From: Bdellovibrionota bacterium
Lineage (GTDB): Bacteria > Bdellovibrionota_C > UBA2361 > JAAYZI01
Assembly (NCBI GenBank): GCA_050950765.1
Contig: JBMNIF010000001.1
Location: 256,001-320,000 of the forward strand
Reading direction: 5' to 3'
Length of the DNA: 64,000 bases
Of this stretch, positions 31,849 to 41,347 are shown one piece after another. The position numbers were made by a program, and so were the translations under genes. The notes below the pieces were generated by a model, which was given only the letters and a program-made list of their open reading frames with translations, made no database searches and was not told the origin of the DNA. Each line of letters begins with the position of its first letter. Positions within the stretch are counted from its first letter, which is position 1.

Positions 31849-33285
31849 TTAATCTTTCAGCAAAGCTCCTTCTGGTTTTATAGTTATATTTTTATACTCC
31901 CCAGCACTCTTCTTTATCAGTTGCAAAGTGCTATCAGTAGGAAGAGGCAGCGCTTTTGTTGCTCCTGCATAAATGCGTAGATCTGGCATCACTTGGCAGT
32001 GAGTTTTGCCTGCCGCTCGGCAGATGCGTAAGTCACTTAATAAAGCGTGCACGTTGCCGCTATTTATAAAAACAATTTTTTCAGGGTGCCTTTCCCAAGT
32101 AAAATCCGTATTAACGTTACGGGGCTCAGCAAAAACATCTATATCTAAAAGTCGTGCTTGTGGTGCAAGGCGTGATACCGATTTCTTTACATACAATTCA
32201 ATTCTATAAAGCTCTTCAGAGTTACTCGGAATGGTTCGAAGCAACACCCTAATAACGCGAGATGATTGCGCCATAACTTTCGGAAGACGTGGCGAAACAA
32301 CCACCTCACTTGTCTCATAAAGATCTTCTGCGGTTGAGCTCTCGGAGATGGAAGATTTTAAAATCTTTGCGGAGATAAAAATATCTTCATCAGAGGTGTT
32401 GTTTATCGTTAAATCCTGAATCGGACGATCGCTTGATTTAAAGGTAAGCTCTGTTTTATCTACGGTTATGCCAGAAATAGGAATGATAAGATCCTTTTTA
32501 TTAACAAAAGGTGTTGGTGTTGGTGTAAAAATAAATTCTTCTTCAACTGCAATTTTTAGAGTGGGGGTGGCTCTTACGAATTTAGTAACTTGCGGCGCAA
32601 CACTATCGCGCGGCGTTAAAGTTTCTGCACTGCGGGGAGTGGTGCTGGGTGTTGGAGAAAACGTTCTTTCAAGTTTTACCTCTTTCGTAGGGGTAGGTTT
32701 TAGAGTCGTTACCTCCTTTGTAACGGTAGGTGTCGGAGTTACTACCTTACTAGGTAGAGGAGATGGTGTTTTAGACGGAATTAAAGTTGTTGTAGGAAGG
32801 GGTGTTTCTACCTTTGTCGGTGTTTGCGTAGGTGGATCTTTTATTACAGAAGAGTCCTCAATAAAAACATTGATAGAAGACCCCACCTGCTCAAGACGGT
32901 ACGGCAGAGAGGTCTCGCCCGCAAAATCCAATACAAAGCGAGTTTTATCAGGGTGCCTACCGATTCTAACAGATTTAAGAAGACCTTTTAGATCGTAAAA
33001 CTTAACACTTTTAGTAATAACAGCACCGTTTAGATCAATAATTAAACGAGCGGGGTCAGATAAAACAAAGGCGTTCGTTGTGATATCTTTCTCTGTCTTA
33101 ATCTGCAACAGGAGACCGTTCGACACGACCTTTAAATCACACTCAAGGACATCCTCTTTATGAGAAAAAAGAGGTTCTGCTAAAAGGTGAGGTGTCCAAG
33201 TAAAGATCTGTAATAGGATTAAAAGTATCGCAAGACTGCCACAACGTTGAAACATCCCTCTCTTCCTTTTACTAAATATCTTCAT
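31849..33285 (-). CDS. AMIN domain - Pro/Thr linker - fimbrial chaperone-like fusion
   Basis: AFVLSDPARLIIDL...VRIGRHPDKTRFVLDF (AMIN); PT-rich linker; C-terminal half resembles the neighbouring chaperone (VSPR, YRI, FAEP, NSGNV, RIYAGA). Confidence 0.8.
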   Translation of the reverse strand: MKIFSKRKRGMFQRCGSLAILLILLQIFTWTPHLLAEPLFSHKEDVLECDLKVVSNGLLLQIKTEKDITTNAFVLSDPARLIIDLNGAVITKSVKFYDLKGLLKSVRIGRHPDKTRFVLDFAGETSLPYRLEQVGSSINVFIEDSSVIKDPPTQTPTKVETPLPTTTLIPSKTPSPLPSKVVTPTPTVTKEVTTLKPTPTKEVKLERTFSPTPSTTPRSAETLTPRDSVAPQVTKFVRATPTLKIAVEEEFIFTPTPTPFVNKKDLIIPISGITVDKTELTFKSSDRPIQDLTINNTSDEDIFISAKILKSSISESSTAEDLYETSEVVVSPRLPKVMAQSSRVIRVLLRTIPSNSEELYRIELYVKKSVSRLAPQARLLDIDVFAEPRNVNTDFTWERHPEKIVFINSGNVHALLSDLRICRAAGKTHCQVMPDLRIYAGATKALPLPTDSTLQLIKKSAGEYKNITIKPEGALLKD

Positions 33286-33401
33286 CTGAGATTGAACTCT
33301 CTATATCTTCTGTAAAATATGAAAAACGGCATTACAAAACTACTATCACACAATTAAGCTCGGTACTATCCTATTTAAGGAGGTCTCGTCAAAGAAGAAG
33401 G

Positions 33402-34172
33402 CTATTTAAGGGGAGGGATGACAAGCCTTTCTATGGTGTCATTAAAGTCTTTAGTTATAACAATAGCCTTATCTGCAGGTGCTTTGATTGAGGCTGTCGC
33501 ACCTGCATACATCCTACCGGGGATGTCAGTAATAACAGTACACCCTGCGGTGCTTGATGTTACCGATGCTTCTGAAGGGAGAGTGTCAGGATCGCAAGCG
33601 AGTGGATTTCTGATCCGAACGTTTATATTGCCGTCATTAGTGAATTTTATACTGTCTCCGATCCTCTTCCATTTTAAGCTGGGGCGACGATTAGCAGGCT
33701 CCGCAAAGATTAACATCCCAACACCCGTTAAAACTTTAAGAGAGATGGTGCGACCACTTTTTGTTTGGGATTGTATTTGCTCTTCAGAGGGTGGAACTGA
33801 TTGCGGAACAAAAGAGACTCGATAAACGGCTTCCGTATCTTGCGGCCTCTTGTGTAATAAAATTCGTACGCTGCGCTGCCCTTTCCCCTTTATAGAAAAT
33901 CTTTTGGGCGCAACGATTAAAGATTGCGTGCTGATACGTTGTTCTTCAGGAGTTCCAGGATTTATAACCTCAACAGGTTCAACTAATACGTGCAGCATCT
34001 CATCACTACTGTTTCCTACCGTAACGTTATGAACGGGACGATTCTCCGGTTTAAACGCCATAATTACATCGGTAACGGAGATCTGCGCCGACACAAGGTT
34101 TGGAGATAGTAGTACATATAATAATAGTAGGATGAAGGTATTTAATTGGATGAGTTTATAATTTCTTAGCAT
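33402..34172 (-). CDS. fimbrial periplasmic chaperone (EcpB/PapD-like)
   Basis: Signal peptide; LIVAPKRF, EAVYRVSFVP, NDGN, MYAG. Confidence 0.85.
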   Translation of the reverse strand: MLRNYKLIQLNTFILLLLYVLLSPNLVSAQISVTDVIMAFKPENRPVHNVTVGNSSDEMLHVLVEPVEVINPGTPEEQRISTQSLIVAPKRFSIKGKGQRSVRILLHKRPQDTEAVYRVSFVPQSVPPSEEQIQSQTKSGRTISLKVLTGVGMLIFAEPANRRPSLKWKRIGDSIKFTNDGNINVRIRNPLACDPDTLPSEASVTSSTAGCTVITDIPGRMYAGATASIKAPADKAIVITKDFNDTIERLVIPPLK

Positions 34173-34186
34173 ATCTCTTATCTGTT

Positions 34187-34762
34187 TCAGTTAGGTTCTA
34201 CGATTATTGATATATTCCCCGAATAGCTTCCGTGTACCGCTGAAAGTAAAGCAGATTCAGAGATGGCGATCTCAAAATAAGCGTTTTTAGTGCCACTACA
34301 ATTATAATCAATACAGGTATACGACGTGCTCTGATTATACTTGGTGGTGTTCGCACTTAGTTGTTCCTTTCCGCTACTAGTGGCGGAGTCGTTCCAATAA
34401 GTTGTATAAGCTAGTGTATGTGAGCCGTTAGCAAGGGTAAAGGCATAACCCGAACCACTCCCTTGTACAATAACATTGTAAAAATAGGAATCGCTACAAA
34501 CACATAACGTCATATTATCTGAGACATCTCCGAGTCCTGTAAAGTTCGTAAACGTCAGATCACTTAAACCGGAAACAGCAACATCTGCTTCAGTTGAGGT
34601 TATTACGGAGGTTATTACGAGAAAAATAAATAAGAAAAAGGATAGAGTGCTTAAGAAGATTCGCTTCTTGCGGGGAGTGGCTGATGGATAAAAAGGTAAT
34701 AGTTTGGCTATGTTGTGTAGTTGTGCCAAAAATATATGTTTAATAGTCGCTGGGCTTAACAT
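34187..34762 (-). CDS. pilin-like subunit
   Basis: Paralog of 35018-35590 (LAYTTYWND, HGSYSGNISIIVEP); start uncertain. Confidence 0.7.
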   Translation of the reverse strand: MLSPATIKHIFLAQLHNIAKLLPFYPSATPRKKRIFLSTLSFFLFIFLVITSVITSTEADVAVSGLSDLTFTNFTGLGDVSDNMTLCVCSDSYFYNVIVQGSGSGYAFTLANGSHTLAYTTYWNDSATSSGKEQLSANTTKYNQSTSYTCIDYNCSGTKNAYFEIAISESALLSAVHGSYSGNISIIVEPN

Positions 34763-35017
34763 TAAAAACCGCTGCTTTTAATATGATGTTTTATAAAAAA
34801 CCAACACTAGATAGGATCGTATTATGCACTTAACCATTTGTTTTAACAAGGGGATTTTATTGCCTCTAAAAATATTAAGAATTTTTGTGAAAAAAAATCT
34901 TTTGGCATTAAGTTTTATTTCACCCCTGACGAACCTCAGATCCAGAACAAACAAGAAGGTTTGGTTTCATACTGTTTTGAGATCAAACTTCACTACACTT
35001 TTTAAGAGGGAAATAAA

Positions 35018-35590
35018 ATGAAGAAATATATATCAATATTAGCAACGCTTGCGTTGCTGTGTGGCACGACGACGGCTTTTGCCGCAACTGATGGTACTAT
35101 TGGGACAGCCTCTTCAACAGGAACTGCAGGTCTGACGCTAGAGATCCCTAAATTAATTCAGATTACAGGTATGAAAGATATTTCCTTAGCATATGTCGCA
35201 GGTCAGGAAGATAAAACAGATAATAAAGATATCTGCATCTATGCTAATTTGGATGCGGGTCAAGATGAGACATATACTGTAACAGGTACAGGGAACTGGA
35301 GCTTAGACGGTACTGGCGGTACGGATTTCTATTTAAAAAGAACTACAGGTACAGTTGATACGATCGCTTATAGCGTTAGTTATAACGATGCATCTGGAAC
35401 GATAGGTGCTCAGGCGTTAACAGCAGGAACAGCTTTAACTGGACAAACAGGTTTTTCTAATACGGTTAATGAACTGTGCTCTGCTAATCAAAATGCTAAT
35501 TATAGTATCACTATTACAAAGGCTAATATTTTAGCAGCGTTACACGGTACATATACTGGCACGCTGACATTAGTAGTAGCACCTGAATAA
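35018..35590 (+). CDS. probable major pilin subunit
   Basis: AFA-A signal peptide, Thr/Gly-rich, two Cys, C-terminal GTYTGTLTLVVAPE; strong SD. Confidence 0.8.
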   Translation: MKKYISILATLALLCGTTTAFAATDGTIGTASSTGTAGLTLEIPKLIQITGMKDISLAYVAGQEDKTDNKDICIYANLDAGQDETYTVTGTGNWSLDGTGGTDFYLKRTTGTVDTIAYSVSYNDASGTIGAQALTAGTALTGQTGFSNTVNELCSANQNANYSITITKANILAALHGTYTGTLTLVVAPE

Positions 35591-36003
35591 TAAAGAGGTG
35601 TTGAACTTAACAGAGCCTTGTGAGGATACACTTTTAAAAAGTTAACTCTGGAGCTTTGTAAGGACTTTTATAAAAGGATGAGTAAGCCTTTTAAAAAACA
35701 CTCAAGTTGTGACCTAACGCATGAAGTCATCTTCGTTAAAGTAAGTGACGTTTTAAGGTGTTGATTTTTGTGGATAGGTCAGGCGTAGGTAAACCTCAGT
35801 AGTAGTGAATACTTGTTGAAAACGACGCGAGACATCTTGTTAAGATGGAATCTGCCGATAAGACAGAGCTCCACTTTTGATAAGATGTTTCGCGTTTTTT
35901 AGTTTTTGCTGGTGTTCTCTATATCAATTAAATGTAAGTAACAACGAGTTCGGCGATACCCCTTTTTCGTTTATAACTTGCTATAATATCTGGAGGTATT
36001 ATA

Positions 36004-37293
36004 GTGGCGCGTATGGGGATTTTAACGGAAAAAGCAAAAAAATATATTTCGCCGGTCTTAGGTAAATATTTTTCAGACCTTGAGATTGTAAAAGGGCAAG
36101 GCGTTTATGTCTTTGATCCTGACGGGAAACGGTATTTGGATTTTGCGGCAGGTATCGGTGTAGTCAGTACGGGTCACTGCCACCCTAAAGTAGTAGAGGC
36201 GATTGTAAAGCAGACACATGAGTTGATTCATATCATGGGTGGAATCGCTTATTCTCCACCGTACGTTAATTTAGCAGAGCTATTGGTTAGCATATCCCCC
36301 TTTAAAGAAGCCTCTGTGGTTCTTACACAGAGTGGTTCCGAAGCTATTGAAGCCTGTTTAAAGCTTGCTAAGTATGTTTCAAATAAGAGGAAGGTAGTAG
36401 CGTTCTCACACGCCTTTCATGGTAGAACCTTAGGTGCAACCGCTGTCACCTATAAGGAAAAATATAAGCACGGCTATGAAGATTGGCTCTTAGAGGTCGT
36501 GCGTGCGCCGTATCCTTACTATTTTCATAATAAAGACCTCTCCTTTCAAGAGTATGAAACGGAGATCATCAATCAGGTAAGGGATATTATCTGTCAAGAT
36601 TCCGAGATCGGTGCTGTGATTATTGAGCCCGTTTTGGGAGAGGGTGGGTACGTACCTGCGCCACAACGATTTTTAATAGAGTTAAGAAGAATTACGGAAG
36701 AACATAACGTGCTGCTAATCTTTGATGAGGTGCAGTCCGGTATGGGACGTACTGGGAAATGGTTTGCGTCTGAACATTACGGAGTTGTGCCGGATATTAT
36801 AGCGCTTGCCAAAGGGATAGCTTCGGGTATGCCACTCGGTGCCTGTATCGCCAAAAAAGAGATTATGGATAAGTGGTCACGTGCAGCGCATGGCGGCACT
36901 TATATCGGTAATCCCGTAACTTGTGCTGCCGCTCTGGCAACGATAGATGTGATAAAAAGGGAGAAATTGCTGGAGAACTCCGCCGAAGTCGGAGATTATT
37001 TAAAAGAAGAGTTGCAAAAGGTCTTTGCAGGTTTCCCTCAGGTTGGGGATATCCGTGGGCTTGGGCTTATGATAGGTATCGAGTTCGTTAATCCTACTAC
37101 GGGAGAAGGCGATCCTGTTATTGTTTCCAAGATTAGGAATATCGCCCTTTCAAAAGGCTTGATTTTAATCAGTTGTGGTGACAGTGATCAGATCATTCGG
37201 TTAATACCGCCATTGATAATTAACCGTTTTCAAGTAGATGAAGGGGTTAAAATTTTGCTGGAATCAGTGCAGGAAGCTATTCGAGAGGTGTAG
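36004..37293 (+). CDS. class III PLP aminotransferase (GabT/ArgD-like)
   Basis: YLDFAAGI, GHCHP, SGSEAIE, FHGRT, FDEVQSGMGRTG, AKGIASG. Confidence 0.93.
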   Translation: MARMGILTEKAKKYISPVLGKYFSDLEIVKGQGVYVFDPDGKRYLDFAAGIGVVSTGHCHPKVVEAIVKQTHELIHIMGGIAYSPPYVNLAELLVSISPFKEASVVLTQSGSEAIEACLKLAKYVSNKRKVVAFSHAFHGRTLGATAVTYKEKYKHGYEDWLLEVVRAPYPYYFHNKDLSFQEYETEIINQVRDIICQDSEIGAVIIEPVLGEGGYVPAPQRFLIELRRITEEHNVLLIFDEVQSGMGRTGKWFASEHYGVVPDIIALAKGIASGMPLGACIAKKEIMDKWSRAAHGGTYIGNPVTCAAALATIDVIKREKLLENSAEVGDYLKEELQKVFAGFPQVGDIRGLGLMIGIEFVNPTTGEGDPVIVSKIRNIALSKGLILISCGDSDQIIRLIPPLIINRFQVDEGVKILLESVQEAIREV

Positions 37294-37471
37294 TTTTATG
37301 CCTAGTTCTGCCCCTTGAAACATCATGCAAAGGTTGTGATACTTTTAGGAGGTGTTGAGGAGGTGAAATTTTTTCTATAATCTGTTACTTCCTTGAAGGA
37401 TCCTTACCGTGAAAAGAGGTTGAAGAAAACGATACTCTCTTTTATGCGCGATCTTATTTAGCGGAATACTC

Positions 37472-38572
37472 ATGGCAGATATAATAGTTACTTTACTGAT
37501 TAGTATTTTTGTTCTTCAGACAGTGCTTGTTTTAGCCTGTATTTGTACTTGGATTGAGAGAAAAGGCTCTGCCATGTTGCAAGACAGAATAGGATCGAAC
37601 AGGTCTGGCACCCGTCTTTCTGTAAAAAAGTGGTGGTTAAAGCCGCTGGTGTTTGTAATAAAGATCCTCGGTATCTTCGGCGTTGTTAATACCCTCTTCT
37701 GTGATCCTATTAAGGCGTTCTTTAAAGAGGACTTCGTCCCTGAGAGCGGCTCTAAATTTTTACACACCATTGCGCCTTTTGTGGCGGTCTTACCGGCGTT
37801 TCTAGCGTTTGCGGTTGTGCCGCTAGCTCCTGAGTTTGTTCTACCCTTCTATGATAAACCGATCCTTGTGCAGGTGGCACGTTTAGATGTCGGCGCACTT
37901 TTAATAATCGCTATGGGTGGCTTCGCTACTTACGGTGTGATGTTGGCGGGTTGGGCATCTAATAATAAGTTCTCTTTATTGGGGGGAATTCGTGCCGCTT
38001 CGCAACTCTTTTCTTATGAGTTGACGTTGGGAGTTTCTTTAATCACGATGGTAGTGATCTACGGAACTCTCGATATCTACACGATGGTGGAAAAGCAGGG
38101 AGAGTTTTTGCAGTGGGGGGTGTTTAAAGCACCACTTGCCTGTTTGATTTTATTTATTGTTGGAATAGCAGAGACAAAGCGCGCACCTTTTGATCTTCCT
38201 GAAGCAGAGTCTGAATTAGTTGCCGGTTATTTAACGGAGTACTCCGGCATGAAGTTTCTCCTTTTTTGGATCGGAGAGTTCGCAGAGATCGGGCTTATCT
38301 CGTTAATAATGTCGCTCCTCTTTTTTGGTGGATGGAACTTTCCGTTTTTAAGTAGTATCGGAATTGATTTTAGTAGTGGGATCTGGTGGCAAGCTCTGAT
38401 AGGACATCTGATCTTATTCTTTAAAGTAGTTTTCTTTTGTACATTGCAGATCGTTATTCGTTGGACTTTGCCCCGCTTCAGGTTTGATCACTTGCTGGAA
38501 CTGGGGTGGAAAGTTCTTTTACCGTTAAGTATCGTGAATTTGCTAGTAACGGCGGCTTTTATAATATGGTGA
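37472..38572 (+). CDS. nuoH: NADH-quinone oxidoreductase subunit H
   Basis: ERK...QDRIG, AETKRAPFDLPEAESELVAG, RWTLPRFRFD. Confidence 0.96.
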   Translation: MADIIVTLLISIFVLQTVLVLACICTWIERKGSAMLQDRIGSNRSGTRLSVKKWWLKPLVFVIKILGIFGVVNTLFCDPIKAFFKEDFVPESGSKFLHTIAPFVAVLPAFLAFAVVPLAPEFVLPFYDKPILVQVARLDVGALLIIAMGGFATYGVMLAGWASNNKFSLLGGIRAASQLFSYELTLGVSLITMVVIYGTLDIYTMVEKQGEFLQWGVFKAPLACLILFIVGIAETKRAPFDLPEAESELVAGYLTEYSGMKFLLFWIGEFAEIGLISLIMSLLFFGGWNFPFLSSIGIDFSSGIWWQALIGHLILFFKVVFFCTLQIVIRWTLPRFRFDHLLELGWKVLLPLSIVNLLVTAAFIIW

Positions 38573-38590
38573 GATTGTGAAGGGGAAGAT

Positions 38591-39151
38591 ATGCAAGAGA
38601 TAATGTTTTGGATCTTGGCAACGTTAATGATTGCAACTTCACTGGGTGTCGTTTTGGCAAAAAACCCTGTTTATAGCGCTCTTAGTTTGGTTTTTACCTT
38701 GATTGGAACTGCTGCTATCTTTGCTATGCTTGGAGCACACTTCTTAGCCGTTGCGCAACTTATTATTTATGCCGGTTCTATCGTCGTGCTCTTTCTTTTT
38801 GTTCTGATGTTGCTTGATATTAAACAGGAACGCTTCGCTTTTAAGGATGCTCTCTTTTTGTTGTTGGCGGTATTTCTCGCTGGAGATTTAGCAGTGATGG
38901 TTTTGCCGTATATAAATGAATCTTTCAAAGGAAAGTTTATCACGCACGGTTTGGAAGGCACAGTCTCTACAATCGGGAATGCTATCTTTTCTTTGCAAAG
39001 CACGACGGGGAGTGAGCATTTTAATAGATGGCTTTTTGCCTTTGAAGCCTCGGCGCTTTTATTGATAGTGGCGATGGTGGCAGGTGTAATGCTTGCTAAA
39101 AAGCCTGAAAATGGATTCGTTTTAAGATCAAAAAAAGCGGAGGATCTGTAA
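38591..39151 (+). CDS. nuoJ: NADH-quinone oxidoreductase subunit J
   Basis: NPVYSAL, QLIIYAGSIVVLFLFVLML, FEAS.LLL. Confidence 0.95.
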   Translation: MQEIMFWILATLMIATSLGVVLAKNPVYSALSLVFTLIGTAAIFAMLGAHFLAVAQLIIYAGSIVVLFLFVLMLLDIKQERFAFKDALFLLLAVFLAGDLAVMVLPYINESFKGKFITHGLEGTVSTIGNAIFSLQSTTGSEHFNRWLFAFEASALLLIVAMVAGVMLAKKPENGFVLRSKKAEDL

Positions 39152-39152
39152 T

Positions 39153-39467
39153 ATGCTACCATTAAACGCTTATCTTGGACTTTCTATCGTTATGTTTTTA
39201 ATCGGTGCCGTTGGCTTCGTGGTACGTAAAAATGCCATAGTGGTTTTTATGTGTATAGAGTTGATGTTGAATGCAGCAGGGATCGCGTTTGTAGCGTTTG
39301 GGGCAGGACTCGGAAAAGATGTGGCAGCTTTAGATGGACAGATAGCGACGCTCTTTATTATGTTGGTAGCAGCAGCTGAGGCTGCTGTTGGATTGGCTGT
39401 TATTATCGCTATGTTCCGCGTGAATAAAGGTGTTGAAACTGATGCTATGGCGGAGATGAAGAGATAA
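39153..39467 (+). CDS. nuoK: NADH-quinone oxidoreductase subunit K
   Basis: MCIELMLNA, VAAAEAAVGLA. Confidence 0.97.
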   Translation: MLPLNAYLGLSIVMFLIGAVGFVVRKNAIVVFMCIELMLNAAGIAFVAFGAGLGKDVAALDGQIATLFIMLVAAAEAAVGLAVIIAMFRVNKGVETDAMAEMKR

Positions 39468-41332
39468 TGAATACGCAGCGAATCTTAAATGAATCTATCT
39501 TTCTTTTGTTGTGGTTGCCTTTACTTGGTGCGATAGCCTCTTTCGCAGTGGGGAAGATTAAGCCTAGTTTAGCAGGTTGGGTAGCGTCTGTAACAGCAGT
39601 AGCGTGCGCAGCGCTTGCTTTTGCTCTCTCCTCTGATCTGCAGAAATTTGGAGGAGATGCTTTTTTTGAGCAAACCCTTTTTACTTGGTTGCAGATTGGA
39701 AAAATTAACCTCCCGTTTGTTTTACGTTTCGATCACTTAACTGCTGTTATGACGGCGGTTGTGACAGGGGTGGGGAGTTTGATCCATTTTTACGCCATCT
39801 CTTATATGAAGGATGATGCCAGTAGAGGACGTTTTTTTGCGTACATGAATCTTTTTATGTTCTTTATGCTTCTTCTGGTGCTGGGCGGAAGTTTGCCGTT
39901 AGTTTTTATAGGATGGGAAGGGGTAGGGCTCTGTTCGTATTTACTGATCGGTTTCTGGTTTCAAAACGATGATTTTGCCGCCGCTGGGAAAAAGGCTTTT
40001 ATTGTAAATCGGATCGGCGATGCAGGTTTTCTTTTAGCGATGTTCTCATTGTTGCAGTATGCGGGGACACTCGATTTTTTAGAACTACAACAAATTGATC
40101 TGACAAAGTTGCCGTTAATGGTGATTGCGTTTGCTCTGTTTGCTGCGGCGGTAGGAAAGTCCGCACAGATTCCGCTTTTTGTATGGCTACCTGATGCTAT
40201 GGCTGGGCCGACTCCTGTTTCAGCTTTAATTCATGCCGCTACTATGGTTACAGCAGGCGTATACCTTTTAGTTAGAACAAATTTCATCTTCTCAGCGGTG
40301 CCGACTGTACAAGGTGTAATTCTCGGTGTGGGAGTAGCTACGGCTTTCTTTGCTGCAACTGTTGCTATGATGCAGAACGATATAAAAAAAGTTTTGGCAT
40401 ATTCAACTATAAGTCAACTTGGCTTTATGTTTGTAGCTATTGCGGCGGGTGCCTACCAAGTGGCGATCTTTCACGTTGTAACACACTCCTTTTTTAAAGC
40501 GTGCTTATTTCTTTGCGCCGGATCGATTATTATAGCATGTCAGCACGATCAAGATATGCGTAAAATGGGTGGTCTGCTTAAAAAAATGCCGCTCACGTTT
40601 TTAGCTTATCTAGCTTCGACTTTCGCTATTTCAGGGATCTTTCCCTTTGCTGGTTACTACTCAAAGCATGCGATTATTGAAGCAGCTGGGGCGAGTTATG
40701 GAGATGTCATCTTGCTCTTATTAACGATCACCTCTCTTTTAACTGCATTTTATATGATGCGAACCGTTGTGTTGATTTTTTTCGGTAAATATAGAGGAGC
40801 GTCAGATCCGAAAGAGGCACCGCCTTTAATGTTGTTGCCTGTTTTGATTTTAGGTGCATTGGCAACTTGCGGCGGATATCTATTGTTTAAGAGGTTGCCT
40901 GAATACCTTTCTTTCGTAGTGCCGGATGTTTCAGAAGTGCCTGCTCATCTCGATCCTCTGGCAGCTACATTTAATTCGTGGACAGGCTATGTGGGTATCG
41001 CTCTCGCCGGAATCTTATATCTTTATTTTCCTAAAGTTGCAGGAGTTGTAACGAAAGCGTTGCAACCTCTTAGCACTTTAGTCGCTAATAAATATTATGT
41101 AGATGAGATTTATGATCTCTTAATCGTTAAGCCGTTAAAAAAGATCTGCAACTTCTTAAGGGGTGTTGATAAGTTTTTTATTGATGGTGTTGTTGAAGGG
41201 AGCGCACGACTTGTGATGTTTTCAGGAGAGGCGTTGAGCTTTTTGCAGTGTGGAAATCTTCGCTTTTATGCTCTTTTATTGTTCTGCGGAGTTGTGGCTG
41301 CGCTGAGTTTTGTGTTGGGATGGATTTTTTAA
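39467..41332 (+). CDS. nuoL: NADH-quinone oxidoreductase subunit L
   Basis: GWEGVGLCSYLLIGFW, GKSAQIPL.WLPDAMAGPTPVSALIHAATMV. Confidence 0.97.
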   Translation: MNTQRILNESIFLLLWLPLLGAIASFAVGKIKPSLAGWVASVTAVACAALAFALSSDLQKFGGDAFFEQTLFTWLQIGKINLPFVLRFDHLTAVMTAVVTGVGSLIHFYAISYMKDDASRGRFFAYMNLFMFFMLLLVLGGSLPLVFIGWEGVGLCSYLLIGFWFQNDDFAAAGKKAFIVNRIGDAGFLLAMFSLLQYAGTLDFLELQQIDLTKLPLMVIAFALFAAAVGKSAQIPLFVWLPDAMAGPTPVSALIHAATMVTAGVYLLVRTNFIFSAVPTVQGVILGVGVATAFFAATVAMMQNDIKKVLAYSTISQLGFMFVAIAAGAYQVAIFHVVTHSFFKACLFLCAGSIIIACQHDQDMRKMGGLLKKMPLTFLAYLASTFAISGIFPFAGYYSKHAIIEAAGASYGDVILLLLTITSLLTAFYMMRTVVLIFFGKYRGASDPKEAPPLMLLPVLILGALATCGGYLLFKRLPEYLSFVVPDVSEVPAHLDPLAATFNSWTGYVGIALAGILYLYFPKVAGVVTKALQPLSTLVANKYYVDEIYDLLIVKPLKKICNFLRGVDKFFIDGVVEGSARLVMFSGEALSFLQCGNLRFYALLLFCGVVAALSFVLGWIF

Positions 41333-41347
41333 TTTTAAGGGGATGAT

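Noticed and set aside
34824..35021. 65-aa ORF upstream of the pilin (also 35877-36065)
   Set aside because: AT-rich promoter-like regions with no recognisable protein features
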